From: a virus
Reading direction: 5' to 3' (one strand)
IMG/VR virus record: IMGVR_UViG_3300021181_000006
Coordinates: 64,001 to 128,000 of that record
DNA length: 64,000 bases
Shown here piece after piece: positions 42,110-50,769 of this stretch (positions are counted from its first letter, which is position 1; every line of letters starts with the position of its first letter). The notes beneath the pieces were generated by a model. The model was not told the origin of the DNA. It was given only the letters and a program-made list of their open reading frames with translations, and did not search any database. A program made the position numbers and the translations under genes.

Positions 42110-42242
42110 GGCGACGGTGATGGAATAGGCAAACATAATCTGGTGAAACGCACAGTTGCCTGGTCTTAGTACACTAGGAGGCGTGATCCAGATGAGGATG
42201 GTACTCATCTCCTGTCAGTTCGAGTCTGACCTGTCGCCTCCA
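42110..42242 (+). ncRNA. tRNA-like RNA with 8-bp acceptor stem and extended anticodon arm
   Basis: ggcgacgg/ctgtcgcc + TCCA; Leu-like D loop; T arm gtcag-ttcgagt-ctgac; long variable arm; approx. 44-nt structured insert in the anticodon loop. Confidence 0.75.
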
Positions 42243-42255
42243 ATTCAGTTCGTCC

Positions 42256-42324
42256 TGTGCATTAGCTCAGCGTAGAGCACTCGCCTCGTAAGCGATAGGT
42301 CGCAGTGTGATACTGCATGTACTT
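42256..42324 (+). tRNA. Degenerate tRNA-Thr(CGT), possible pseudogene
   Basis: tcgc-ctCGTaa-gcga; aberrant T loop; no CCA. Confidence 0.6.
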
Positions 42325-42328
42325 TTAT

Positions 42329-42401
42329 GGTTTGGTATATCAGTTGGTAGATTACTCGTTTGAAAAGCGAGAGGGCGGCAGTTCGAGTCTGTCCCAAACC
42401 A
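42329..42401 (+). tRNA. tRNA-Phe(GAA), no encoded CCA
   Basis: ctcgt-ttGAAaa-gcgag; canonical T arm. Confidence 0.88.
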
Positions 42402-42436
42402 TTCCTTTTTCTTATTAACGCATTACTAAGGTTTAT

Positions 42437-42769
42437 ATGCAAGTTATAGGTAAGCTGTTGTTCGCATTAGGCAGTATCGACTTCAAAGAAGAAGAGATTA
42501 TTGCTATAGTTAAGTTGGTTCCAGCCAATACCAAAGTATTTATTCATGCTTCAGCCTGTCCAACGCCTGTCTTTAAAGAAGAGACAAAGAAGCGTTTCGG
42601 CAATAACATGATGCTCTCATTGGCTCGTGCTGTGAATGTCACAGACAGACTTATTGCCAATGGTTTAGTCGAAACTCAGATTGTACATGTGCTAGCCGTT
42701 GGAGCTCAGCCGTGTACTCCTGAGCAGTATGAGCAGGCAAGGTCGGTTACGGTGCGTATCCACGATTAA
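42437..42769 (+). CDS. Stand-alone OmpA/MotB C-terminal-like domain protein
   Basis: F..GS...N..LSLARAVNV..RL...G...VG...R.V pattern. Confidence 0.7.
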   Translation: MQVIGKLLFALGSIDFKEEEIIAIVKLVPANTKVFIHASACPTPVFKEETKKRFGNNMMLSLARAVNVTDRLIANGLVETQIVHVLAVGAQPCTPEQYEQARSVTVRIHD

Positions 42770-42772
42770 TCG

Positions 42773-42852
42773 GGGCCTGAGGTATGATTGTGGTAGAGTC
42801 ACTCAGCTTATATCTGAGCATCAAGCAGGTTCGACTCCTGCCAGGCCTACCA
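42773..42852 (+). tRNA. tRNA-Ile(TAT)
   Basis: ctcag-ctTATat-ctgag; T arm gcagg-ttcgact-cctgc; A73 plus CCA; atypical D-arm linker. Confidence 0.8.
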
Positions 42853-42984
42853 TCTATTTATTAGTCCCATCCATATTCTGATAGCCCAATGTAGAGGCTG
42901 TACGCGACCCTTTGAAGTTAGCCTGCAAGTTCTTGGTAGATAATCCAAGTCATGCGAGTACGGGTGGGGCATTTATTATTTCAT

Positions 42985-43059
42985 TCTCCTGTAGTTTAAC
43001 TGATAAAACTAGCGGCTTTGGACCGCTCATTGGTCGTTTGAATCGGCCCGGGAGAACCA
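42985..43059 (+). tRNA. tRNA-Gln(TTG)
   Basis: agcgg-ctTTGga-ccgct; CCA. Confidence 0.88.
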
Positions 43060-43066
43060 GTTTCAT

Positions 43067-43141
43067 GTCCTGTGTAGCTCAATGGGAGAGCGTAGCTCTG
43101 TGGCAGCTAAGACTTGGGTTCAATTCCCAGCATGGGAACCA
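43067..43141 (+). tRNA. tRNA-His(GTG)
   Basis: tagct-ctGTGgc-agcta; G at -1 opposite A73; CCA. Confidence 0.88.
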
Positions 43142-43182
43142 TTTATGTGGTAAAACAACATTACGAAAGGTTTCATTTACTT

Positions 43183-43527
43183 ATGGCTAAGAATTCCATC
43201 ACCTCATTACGCGTCACCTTGGAAAACGGAATCTGGGCGTTTACAGACCCGAATACCGATTTGGTACGCGAAGCATTTGTTGCCGGTGCAGATTCGCTCT
43301 GCGAGGCTCTGGCTGCCAGCGTTGGCAGTGATAACGCAGTGACCATCCTCTTCTCGGCAGGTAAGTTTCCTGACTACCAAGTCAGACTCGACTGGCTTCG
43401 TCCTGAGATGAGTGGCAACCTGTATACCGTGAAGTCGATGGGTAATCATCATGTCTGGCTCTGCCCAGCATTACTCAAGTATTTTGCACGTGCTCCGAGG
43501 CGCATCTACGTGCAGGCAAAACCATAA
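43183..43527 (+). CDS. Conserved hypothetical protein (DUF6717-like)
   Basis: WAFTDP...EAFVAGAD...WLCPALLKYF..AP..IYVQ. Confidence 0.6.
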   Translation: MAKNSITSLRVTLENGIWAFTDPNTDLVREAFVAGADSLCEALAASVGSDNAVTILFSAGKFPDYQVRLDWLRPEMSGNLYTVKSMGNHHVWLCPALLKYFARAPRRIYVQAKP

Positions 43528-43538
43528 CATTTTAGCGT

Positions 43539-43627
43539 GGGAAGTGCAAATAAGGTAGGACGGTCCTACGGTTGACTGTAGATCAACTCTCTGAGAGCAT
43601 TCGGTTCAACTCCGCCGCTTCCCACCA
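43539..43627 (+). tRNA. tRNA-Tyr(GTA) with atypical D and T arms
   Basis: gttga-ctGTAga-tcaac; long variable arm; A73 plus CCA. Confidence 0.75.
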
Positions 43628-44489
43628 TCTTATAAGGATAGCATGTCATCATTCATTAAAATCGGCTCATGTCGATATTTAGTTATTTTTCATTATCCAG
43701 CTATTAGTAACGATGTTGAGCCTACCTTCTCTGTCCCAGTCTATGACAGTCATTCAGAAAAATTAATCATAGATGCCGCTCAGGACCATTTCCGACATCA
43801 GAGACTCTTTAAAGTTAATCTTGATACCGAATCTCATTACCTCAATATGTCACATGTTGAGAGGATATCGACACAAACACAATATTGGGTTCCTGTTGAG
43901 CTTGATCCAAAATATGTGACTTTTCATCGTTTACGCTGGCAAGTTATTGGATCCTATAGATCTATCACCGAGTATCTGAAGCCTATCGAAGAAGAAGTCT
44001 TTAAATACAATGAACTTGGATTATCTCAATGACCAGTAAATATATCGTCGAAGGCATTCCATGTCTGACGCTCAGATACACATTAAATATTACTGAAAAA
44101 CAGGATAATATCGGCAGCGGACCATCAATAGCCATATCTCTGAGCGATAAAAAAGAAATCAAGGCAAAAGCTGATTGTATTATCGCTGCTATTGATACAG
44201 AACTAAAGATGGTTCAAATTATTGATGATCTTTGGCTTGATCCATTCTGTATTAAAATGATACGTATTACCGAAGAAATCTGGTTGCCGCAGGAACAGGT
44301 TTCCTATTGGGACTTTAACCGAGGTTATTGGTTTTCTAAGATGAGTCACAGTGTTAATGAGGATATTCTCGATGCAGAGTACACCAAATGGCAGTTATTA
44401 TCTGCTGAAAACGATAGCTCTGATAAAAAAATCGGTCTGATGGGAACAGACCAAGCTGCTGGTACACGTTTCGCAGGAACATTACGCGT

Positions 44490-45026
44490 ATGAAAATCTT
44501 ACTCGATATGGATGGAGTCCTTGCTGACTTCGAAAACAAAGTATATGATCTCTTTGGCCATCCAAGAGAAAAATTTGATGGTAATAATATGTGTGATATT
44601 GCTCAGTCCTGCGGTGTGAGCAATGAAGCATTCGATACGGCTATGGCAGTAGAAGGATTCTTTTTGAGTATCGAACCGTTGCCGTGGTGCTTCAATCTCG
44701 TAGAGATTTGCGAGAAGCGTGTTGGTCCAGAAAACGTAGCTATCCTGACCAAGCCTTTTAGTGGACAATGTGCTAAAGAGAAGGTCGAATGGGTAGCAAA
44801 GTATCTCCCAAGTTACGCGAAGCGATTACTGATTGGTAAGGCTAAGCATTTCTGTGCCTCACCTGAATCAATCCTGATTGATGATACCTGGAAGAATCTT
44901 GAATCATTCTTGGAACATGGCGGTCAAGCTATTCTTTTCCCAAACCTCTATAATATCCATAGGACCTATTTAACGGATCCTATAAAATTTGTAGAAAGAT
45001 CACTTGATACGCTTATGGCTGGATGA
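44490..45026 (+). CDS. 5'(3')-deoxyribonucleotidase, HAD/NT5C family
   Basis: LLDMDGVLADF, ILTKP, KV.W, LIDD..KN. Confidence 0.9.
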   Translation: MKILLDMDGVLADFENKVYDLFGHPREKFDGNNMCDIAQSCGVSNEAFDTAMAVEGFFLSIEPLPWCFNLVEICEKRVGPENVAILTKPFSGQCAKEKVEWVAKYLPSYAKRLLIGKAKHFCASPESILIDDTWKNLESFLEHGGQAILFPNLYNIHRTYLTDPIKFVERSLDTLMAG

Positions 45027-45357
45027 CAAACGACCAATGCCATGGAATTATAACTATTGGGCGAAGACATCTTCTGATGCGATAAGTGTTATCGCCGGTG
45101 GTCAAGTGGAGGCAATATCACTTGACCACGATCTTGGAGACAAGACGATAACTGGTGATGGCTATGAGGTTGCCAGTTATATCGAAAAGTGTGCCTTTCT
45201 TGAATTGATTCCACGCATACAATGGATATGTCATAGCGCTAATCCAGTTGGCGTACAACGTATGGTTGCAGCACTGAAGAATGCTGATACATTTTGGAGC
45301 GAACATGAACGAAAAAACGGTCTTTGTCTTGTGGTTAAAAATAGCCCAGCTTCCTGA
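45004..45357 (+). CDS. Cyclic-phosphate-processing receiver domain protein
   Basis: LWLDDKRP, ISLDHDLG, GYEV, HSANPVG. Confidence 0.82.
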   Translation: MIRLWLDDKRPMPWNYNYWAKTSSDAISVIAGGQVEAISLDHDLGDKTITGDGYEVASYIEKCAFLELIPRIQWICHSANPVGVQRMVAALKNADTFWSEHERKNGLCLVVKNSPAS

Positions 45358-46006
45358 TGCTCATCCCTATGCCGTATTCTCTATGGCACCGGATATCGAT
45401 GAAGTGCGGATAGCCTTCGAAGCCGTATGCCTGCAGATTACTGACGCTGAATCAGCTCAGTATAATGCAGAGCATATGGGCTTCGATGGTTTTCCAACTA
45501 TCCCTGAGCTCAATGCATTTGATATCGATCAGGCTATTTTCTTTGCTAATCAAGAGCAGACGTTTATTGTTGGGTTCGGTAAATTCAAAGAAGATGACCT
45601 ACCAGAAGAGATACCAGATAGCCAGTGAGTATTACCGGTCAAGCTCAGAATAAAGTCTGGGCGCATGCACTCCTCAAACGAGGAGGATCTATTTGGATCG
45701 TTGGCGATATCCTCCGTGATATGGTCGATGAATGTCAAAGTTTCTTGTTGAAGAAAGAGATGAATATCGATCAGGTCACGCCGAGTGCTCATTTCTATTT
45801 TTTAGGTAATGATCACGGTGTGGTCTATATCATGGTACAAGATGCTGATAATATCATTATCTCTTATTCAGACTTTAGTGACAACGCAACCCTGGAGACA
45901 GAAATCTCAGTAAGTTTTACGCTACTAGAGAGATCTGCAGTGTGTGGTGAGATGTTGTTGAGGTCGCCAGAGGTAATAATAGGATCGATATCGGTAGGAT
46001 AGAATC

Positions 46007-46393
46007 ATGTCTGATGCTATATGTTTAGAATGTTCTGAATCATTTACTTACAGTGGCTCAGTTAAATATAAATATTGTTCCAATAAATGTCAGCAGTGGT
46101 TCCAAACTAAGAAAAAAATAGAGTCTGGCAATTATACTGCTCCAATGGCTAAGAGATATCTTTTAAAGATACGAGGCATTAAATGTGAAATATGTGGAAT
46201 AACTGAATGGTGCGGACAGCCAGTACCACTAGTATTAGATCATATCAATGGTAATTCTGATAATAATGCATTAGATAATTTAAGATTAGTATGTGGGAAC
46301 TGTGATATGCAATTACCGACATATAAAAGTAAAAATCGTGGCAATGGTCGTCATTCTAGGCGTATACGTTATGAGGCAGGCCAGTCATATTAA
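46007..46393 (+). CDS. Free-standing HNH endonuclease
   Basis: CEICG..EW...PLVLDHINGNSDNNALDNLRLVCGNC. Confidence 0.9.
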   Translation: MSDAICLECSESFTYSGSVKYKYCSNKCQQWFQTKKKIESGNYTAPMAKRYLLKIRGIKCEICGITEWCGQPVPLVLDHINGNSDNNALDNLRLVCGNCDMQLPTYKSKNRGNGRHSRRIRYEAGQSY

Positions 46394-46396
46394 CAT

Positions 46397-46472
46397 GCCC
46401 CTAAAGACTTAGATAGCGAAGTTTCGCACTTGTAATGCGAGGAGGTCCGTGCAAGTCGGGCTGGGGGCACCA
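46397..46472 (+). tRNA. tRNA-Thr(TGT)
   Basis: tcgca-ctTGTaa-tgcga; CCA. Confidence 0.9.
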
Positions 46473-47932
46473 TTTATAAATAAGAAGTTCTATGTTACTC
46501 GATGATATTAAAGACTGGTTTAAAGACCGGTATGCACTGCATCATATGATGCGGATTAATGTAGATGAAACATTCCATATTGGTAAGAAACAAATATTGA
46601 CGGTACGTATTACCTATCAGTGGCCTTTATTCGTAGATGAGCATAAGCAATCGGACCATCAATTCATAATACATATGACGCAAAAAGACTGGCATCATCG
46701 TGTTGCGGAGTATGTGTCAGGGATCAAACTGGATCTCATCAACGGAAAACTAGCTATCTACGATCCAAACGGTCATATTCGTTTATCTGGAACTACTGCG
46801 AACAAAATATTTTATTCGCATCAGCAGCCATTAATCTACCAACAACTTGGATGGCAATATTATAAGTTTAGAAATATGCATCGCCTCTGCACACTTGCGC
46901 CAGAAAAGATAGAGTATAAACTCCGTCTCATGCAGATGACTGCTTGGAATCCAGAACCTATCGAGATCTGTTTACACTGAATTTTCGGTATAAGAATCAT
47001 AGAGATCTACTATCTCTCATCTATAAAAAGGCATACATGTTAGCTGATACCATTTTGAGTGAACAAGAGTTTGCTCAACTCCGTAAACTCCTCCGTAAGA
47101 TGGACATCCCAGACCATCGCAGAGGCAATCTCGAAATTCAGGGAGCGCGATGGTTGTATAAACATCTTGCGCTCATGAATGCGAATAAGCCGGAATATCC
47201 TCAGGTCATGGCGTTATTAAAACGTATATCTCTCATAGATGATTGAAAGTTCCGCTTTCAATCATCTATGACCCATAAACTGTTTTAACAACCCATACAG
47301 GGGAGAGGACTATATCGTGTTAAACGAATTAATCGTCTACTCTGATGGTGGGTATCATGAAGAGATCATCTTGACTGATAGTACTGAGCGCTTCTTGAAA
47401 AAGACGCGTGGATACTATTATTCTGACATTTATGAAATCTATATGACGTGTGCGCGCATCAAGCGTGACATGGTTGTAGACTTCATAAAACGATGCAAGG
47501 AACATGAGTTTCCCGTCTCTACCCCCCAGAGAAGATTCTTGCAGATTTACTACATTGGCGGTTACCCAGAATATGTTGAGAAAATAGGTCATCCAGGTGA
47601 GTACGAACTTCTTGATATGACAGATATCAATGACGAACTCAGAGACCTGGAGAATAAACTGGCCAATATGGGAATCAAGCACACCTACGTTTCCATGATT
47701 CGGAAAATGAATGGCATTGAAGAAATATGGAATCACAAGTTCCAAGATGAGCGATCTGAAGCAGCTAAGATGTCGAAAGAAGAACTCCAGTACCAACAAC
47801 AACAGTTGCGAGTTTGGAGAAGTGTGGTAAACCAATACAGAAGATAACCGATGAAAATCGGTTATCTTTAGATAAAAGTAATATCTTTATAAAACATGGC
47901 TTTGTGGGGGAATAGGCAGACCCGTCAGACTT

Positions 47933-48679
47933 CGTGCTTGACATGAGCGGCAGACTCATATCATGAAAGATATGAGTCAACTTACTTGTGCCAAGTGTGG
48001 TCAACCTAGGGATAAAGGACGTAGGATATGCCGAAGCTGTTATCTTTCTGAAAAGAAAATAACAGCCAAAGCACGTCATGCAGTCCAGGGTAGATATATG
48101 TATCACTTAGTGTGTAAGGCTTGTAATGCCAAATACACTGTAGCGAGAAAAAGCTCTCAGTTTTGTCCTGTGTGTAGAGATTTAAGGAATGTTAAACCGA
48201 TTCATATTAATGAATATGTTTATAATTCTGAAATGAGTAAAAAAACAGGTCATACTTGGGAGCATAGATGTATAGCTGAATCAGTAGTTGGAAGAAAGCT
48301 TCATACCAATGAAGTAGTCCATCATATGGATCATAATCCTAAAAATAATCAGCTAGAAAATCTCCTCGTCATATCAAGAGTGATGCATATAAAACTACAT
48401 CGTTATCTAGATGATCATAGAGTCATTATGGAGCAATCCATACATGAGAATTTCGAGAATTGCTGGAATAGCCTCATAACTCCTATAACTACAGCATGGT
48501 TGGAAACAACGGGTGCGAAAGTCATAAAAATATGGGAGATTGGCCAATCAGCAGCCGAGCCTCAAACTATACGAGTAGATGAGGAAGGTTCAGAGACTAT
48601 GCACGAAACATCCCACGTGGATGAAGATATAGTCCAGACTACAACAGCCGTGCTGGCTAGCGAAAGCTAGAGTAGTAAG
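47933..48679 (+). mobile_element. Group I intron (747 nt)
   Basis: P aattgctggaa, Q aatcagcag, R gttcagagacta, S aagatatagtcc; U before the 5' splice site and terminal G. Confidence 0.92.
47963..48670 (+). CDS. Intron-encoded HNH homing endonuclease with Zn fingers
   Basis: EHR.IAE...EVVHHMDHNPKNNQLENL...HIKLH; four CxxC. Confidence 0.9.
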   Translation: MKDMSQLTCAKCGQPRDKGRRICRSCYLSEKKITAKARHAVQGRYMYHLVCKACNAKYTVARKSSQFCPVCRDLRNVKPIHINEYVYNSEMSKKTGHTWEHRCIAESVVGRKLHTNEVVHHMDHNPKNNQLENLLVISRVMHIKLHRYLDDHRVIMEQSIHENFENCWNSLITPITTAWLETTGAKVIKIWEIGQSAAEPQTIRVDEEGSETMHETSHVDEDIVQTTTAVLASES

Positions 48680-49594
48680 AAAATCTGATGTCCGCAAGGA
48701 CGTGTCGGTTCGAGTCCGACCAGAGCTACCAATAAATGGGTATTATCCTCAGCATCACTCTTGCAGTGATGCTTTTTATCTTAAATATTTTCTTTGCTGA
48801 GTATCTCTCTACGAAACATACCTTGAGAAACTTAAAGCTATACAAACAGCTGAATATAGAAACCATTTACACAACAGATGAGATACGTAAGCTCATCGTG
48901 AAATTCCGATGGATTATGGCAGTCATCATCCTGAATATCTTACTTATCATTACTGGAATGGTATTAGATCTCTATGTCTGAAAAACGCCCACTCATCGAC
49001 TCGGAAGTCGCAACACTTATTATTTGGATATTAGGAGTAATACTGATAGTAGGTATTATATGCGATACATTCTGTTTCTTTCGTAAAAAAAGAGCAGAAC
49101 AGTATAATAATTTGGTACAGGCTATCGCTAACGCTAAAACACCAGAAGAACGCGCTACATTTTCACGAGAATTAGAGATTCTTGATATCGATAAGGCTGC
49201 AAGTGATATCACTGAAGAAGCTCTGCTATTGGATCACGCAATTCAGAAAACAGCTACAAAAGAGTAACTATGAACGTATTCGACATCGGAGTCCTGATTC
49301 GGCAAACCTTTGTCGAATATGATCTTCTTTTAGACTTTAACTTTTATATATCTGATGAATATGCGATGATGTGCTATCCTGAAACAAATAGTTACATGAT
49401 ATTTAGACTCGGTGGCACTCTGCCATGGATGAACCTGCGTCCTTGTGCTTATGGACGTTTACTGCAGTTTGATTTCGACTTTCCTCAGACACTCATGACC
49501 CTTGGCCTCCAGACTGACGAAGTCTATCAATATCTCTTGAGAACTGGCAGGAGTAAACCGATCACCGAACAATACCTTTCAGATTTTTTGTAAG

Positions 49595-49964
49595 TACCTA
49601 GGTAGTAGCATTAAAAGTGTGCATCGTAAGAGTGAGAGTCATGACTTTGTTTGAGCGATAAAGGTGCCTAGAAGATAGGGAACGCCCTCAACCCGCAAGG
49701 GAGTCGCTACAGCCTTCTTTCTGGACTGATATCAGCATGCCATATGCCCCTCACCAGGGCTCAGTATACCTTGCAAGGGACAACGCCTGAACAGCGACAG
49801 TCCAAACTGTGGCAGCAGAAAGAATGACCCAACAGATGATGACTGATATGACGTTATGTTTGTTTATCTTTATGATCTCGTTCAGGACCAGATCCACATA
49901 ATAACGTTATATGAGTAGAGTAAGATAATCGAGACTCTCTTTGGTTTAATAACACACCTAGGTA
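49595..49964 (+). ncRNA. Candidate approx. 370-nt structured ncRNA
   Basis: ORF-free; closing helix tacctaggt/acctaggta; several long-range stems; two GCAA tetraloop hairpins. Confidence 0.55.
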
Positions 49965-50034
49965 TTTATATCATTTTTTAGGATATAAGAGATTTGATAC
50001 GCGTCTGTAGCTCAATGGTAGAGCAGTGGACTTT

Positions 50035-50705
50035 TGTAATGGAAGCTTCATGTAGTAATACATGAATGAACATTTCGCTATATGCGGGAACACCCTCAGA
50101 GCCTGAAGTACCGAAAGGTAACAATCTTCAGGATTGGGCAATCCGCAGGAAACTTATAGACCTTATGATTAGTAATCATATACTCTCATTAAAAGGGGAG
50201 TATTATGCATGCAAAATCAAAAGGATTATTAGGAGAGCTAATGATAGCTAAGGATCTGGTTGAGTTCGGTTTTGAAGTTTTCACCGAATTAGGCGATAAC
50301 TCTAAAGTCGATCTTATTGGTTTATATGACTATAAACCATATAAGTTTCAAGTAAAAGCAGCAACTACCACTCAGCATGGAGTTGTTATGCTTGATTCAA
50401 GAAAATCAGGACCTAACTATCATTTCAGGTACGAAGCAAAACATGCAGATATATTCGCAATATATGTCCTAGATAGGAATATTATTGCTTATGTATCTGC
50501 AGAAATGCTATTATCTGGCATCTCTGTGACATTGAGAATCGATCCGGCTGCAAATAACCAAACAGCAAATGTTAGGTATATTGCAGACTATCGAGATCCT
50601 ATGAGGCTCCTCAGAGACTATACGCGAAACACCCAAACTCTGGGTGATGATATAGTCCAGACTACAACAGCAGCAACGCTGGTTCGTGAAAACGAAAGTA
50701 GTAGG
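50035..50705 (+). mobile_element. Group I intron (671 nt)
   Basis: P tatgcgggaa, Q aatccgcagg, R ctcagagacta, S atgatatagtcc; terminal G. Confidence 0.92.
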
Positions 50706-50708
50706 TAA
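50205..50708 (+). CDS. Intron-encoded PD-(D/E)XK homing endonuclease
   Basis: GLLGELMIA..L...GFEVF...VDLI...FQVK. Confidence 0.85.
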   Translation: MHAKSKGLLGELMIAKDLVEFGFEVFTELGDNSKVDLIGLYDYKPYKFQVKAATTTQHGVVMLDSRKSGPNYHFRYEAKHADIFAIYVLDRNIIAYVSAEMLLSGISVTLRIDPAANNQTANVRYIADYRDPMRLLRDYTRNTQTLGDDIVQTTTAATLVRENESSR

Positions 50709-50769
50709 TCCACGGGTTGGCAGTTCAAATCTGCCCAGACGCACCACCCTTATTTCATGAAAGCCATCT

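Larger units (their letters stand above)
47898..48731 (+). tRNA. tRNA-Leu(TAA) split by a group I intron (exons 47898-47932 and 48680-48731)
   Basis: Joined exons give tcaga-ctT|AAaa-tctga, a long variable arm, a T arm and ACCA. Confidence 0.92.
50001..50746 (+). tRNA. tRNA-Lys(TTT) split by a group I intron (exons 50001-50034 and 50706-50746)
   Basis: Joined exons give gtgga-ctTT|Taa-tccac, a T arm and ACCA. Confidence 0.92.

Noticed and set aside
42110-42242. Identification as tRNA-Sec
   Set aside because: No UCA anticodon, the discriminator is U not G, and the D arm is Leu-like; no sel genes are in the window.
42245-42442. Minus-strand 65-aa ORF
   Set aside because: It is antisense to the tRNA-Thr(CGT) and tRNA-Phe genes.
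42875-42970. Possible extra tRNA between Ile(TAT) and Gln
   Set aside because: It has D-arm-like and T-arm-like fragments but no acceptor stem, anticodon arm or CCA; at most a decayed remnant.
49595-49964. Identification as RNase P RNA or tmRNA
   Set aside because: It lacks GAGGAAAGUCC and the 3' conserved RNase P region, and lacks a tRNA-like T arm with CCA; kept only as an unknown ncRNA.
50066-50251. 61-aa ORF inside the tRNA-Lys intron
   Set aside because: It overlaps the P/Q ribozyme elements and has no protein motif; likely incidental.
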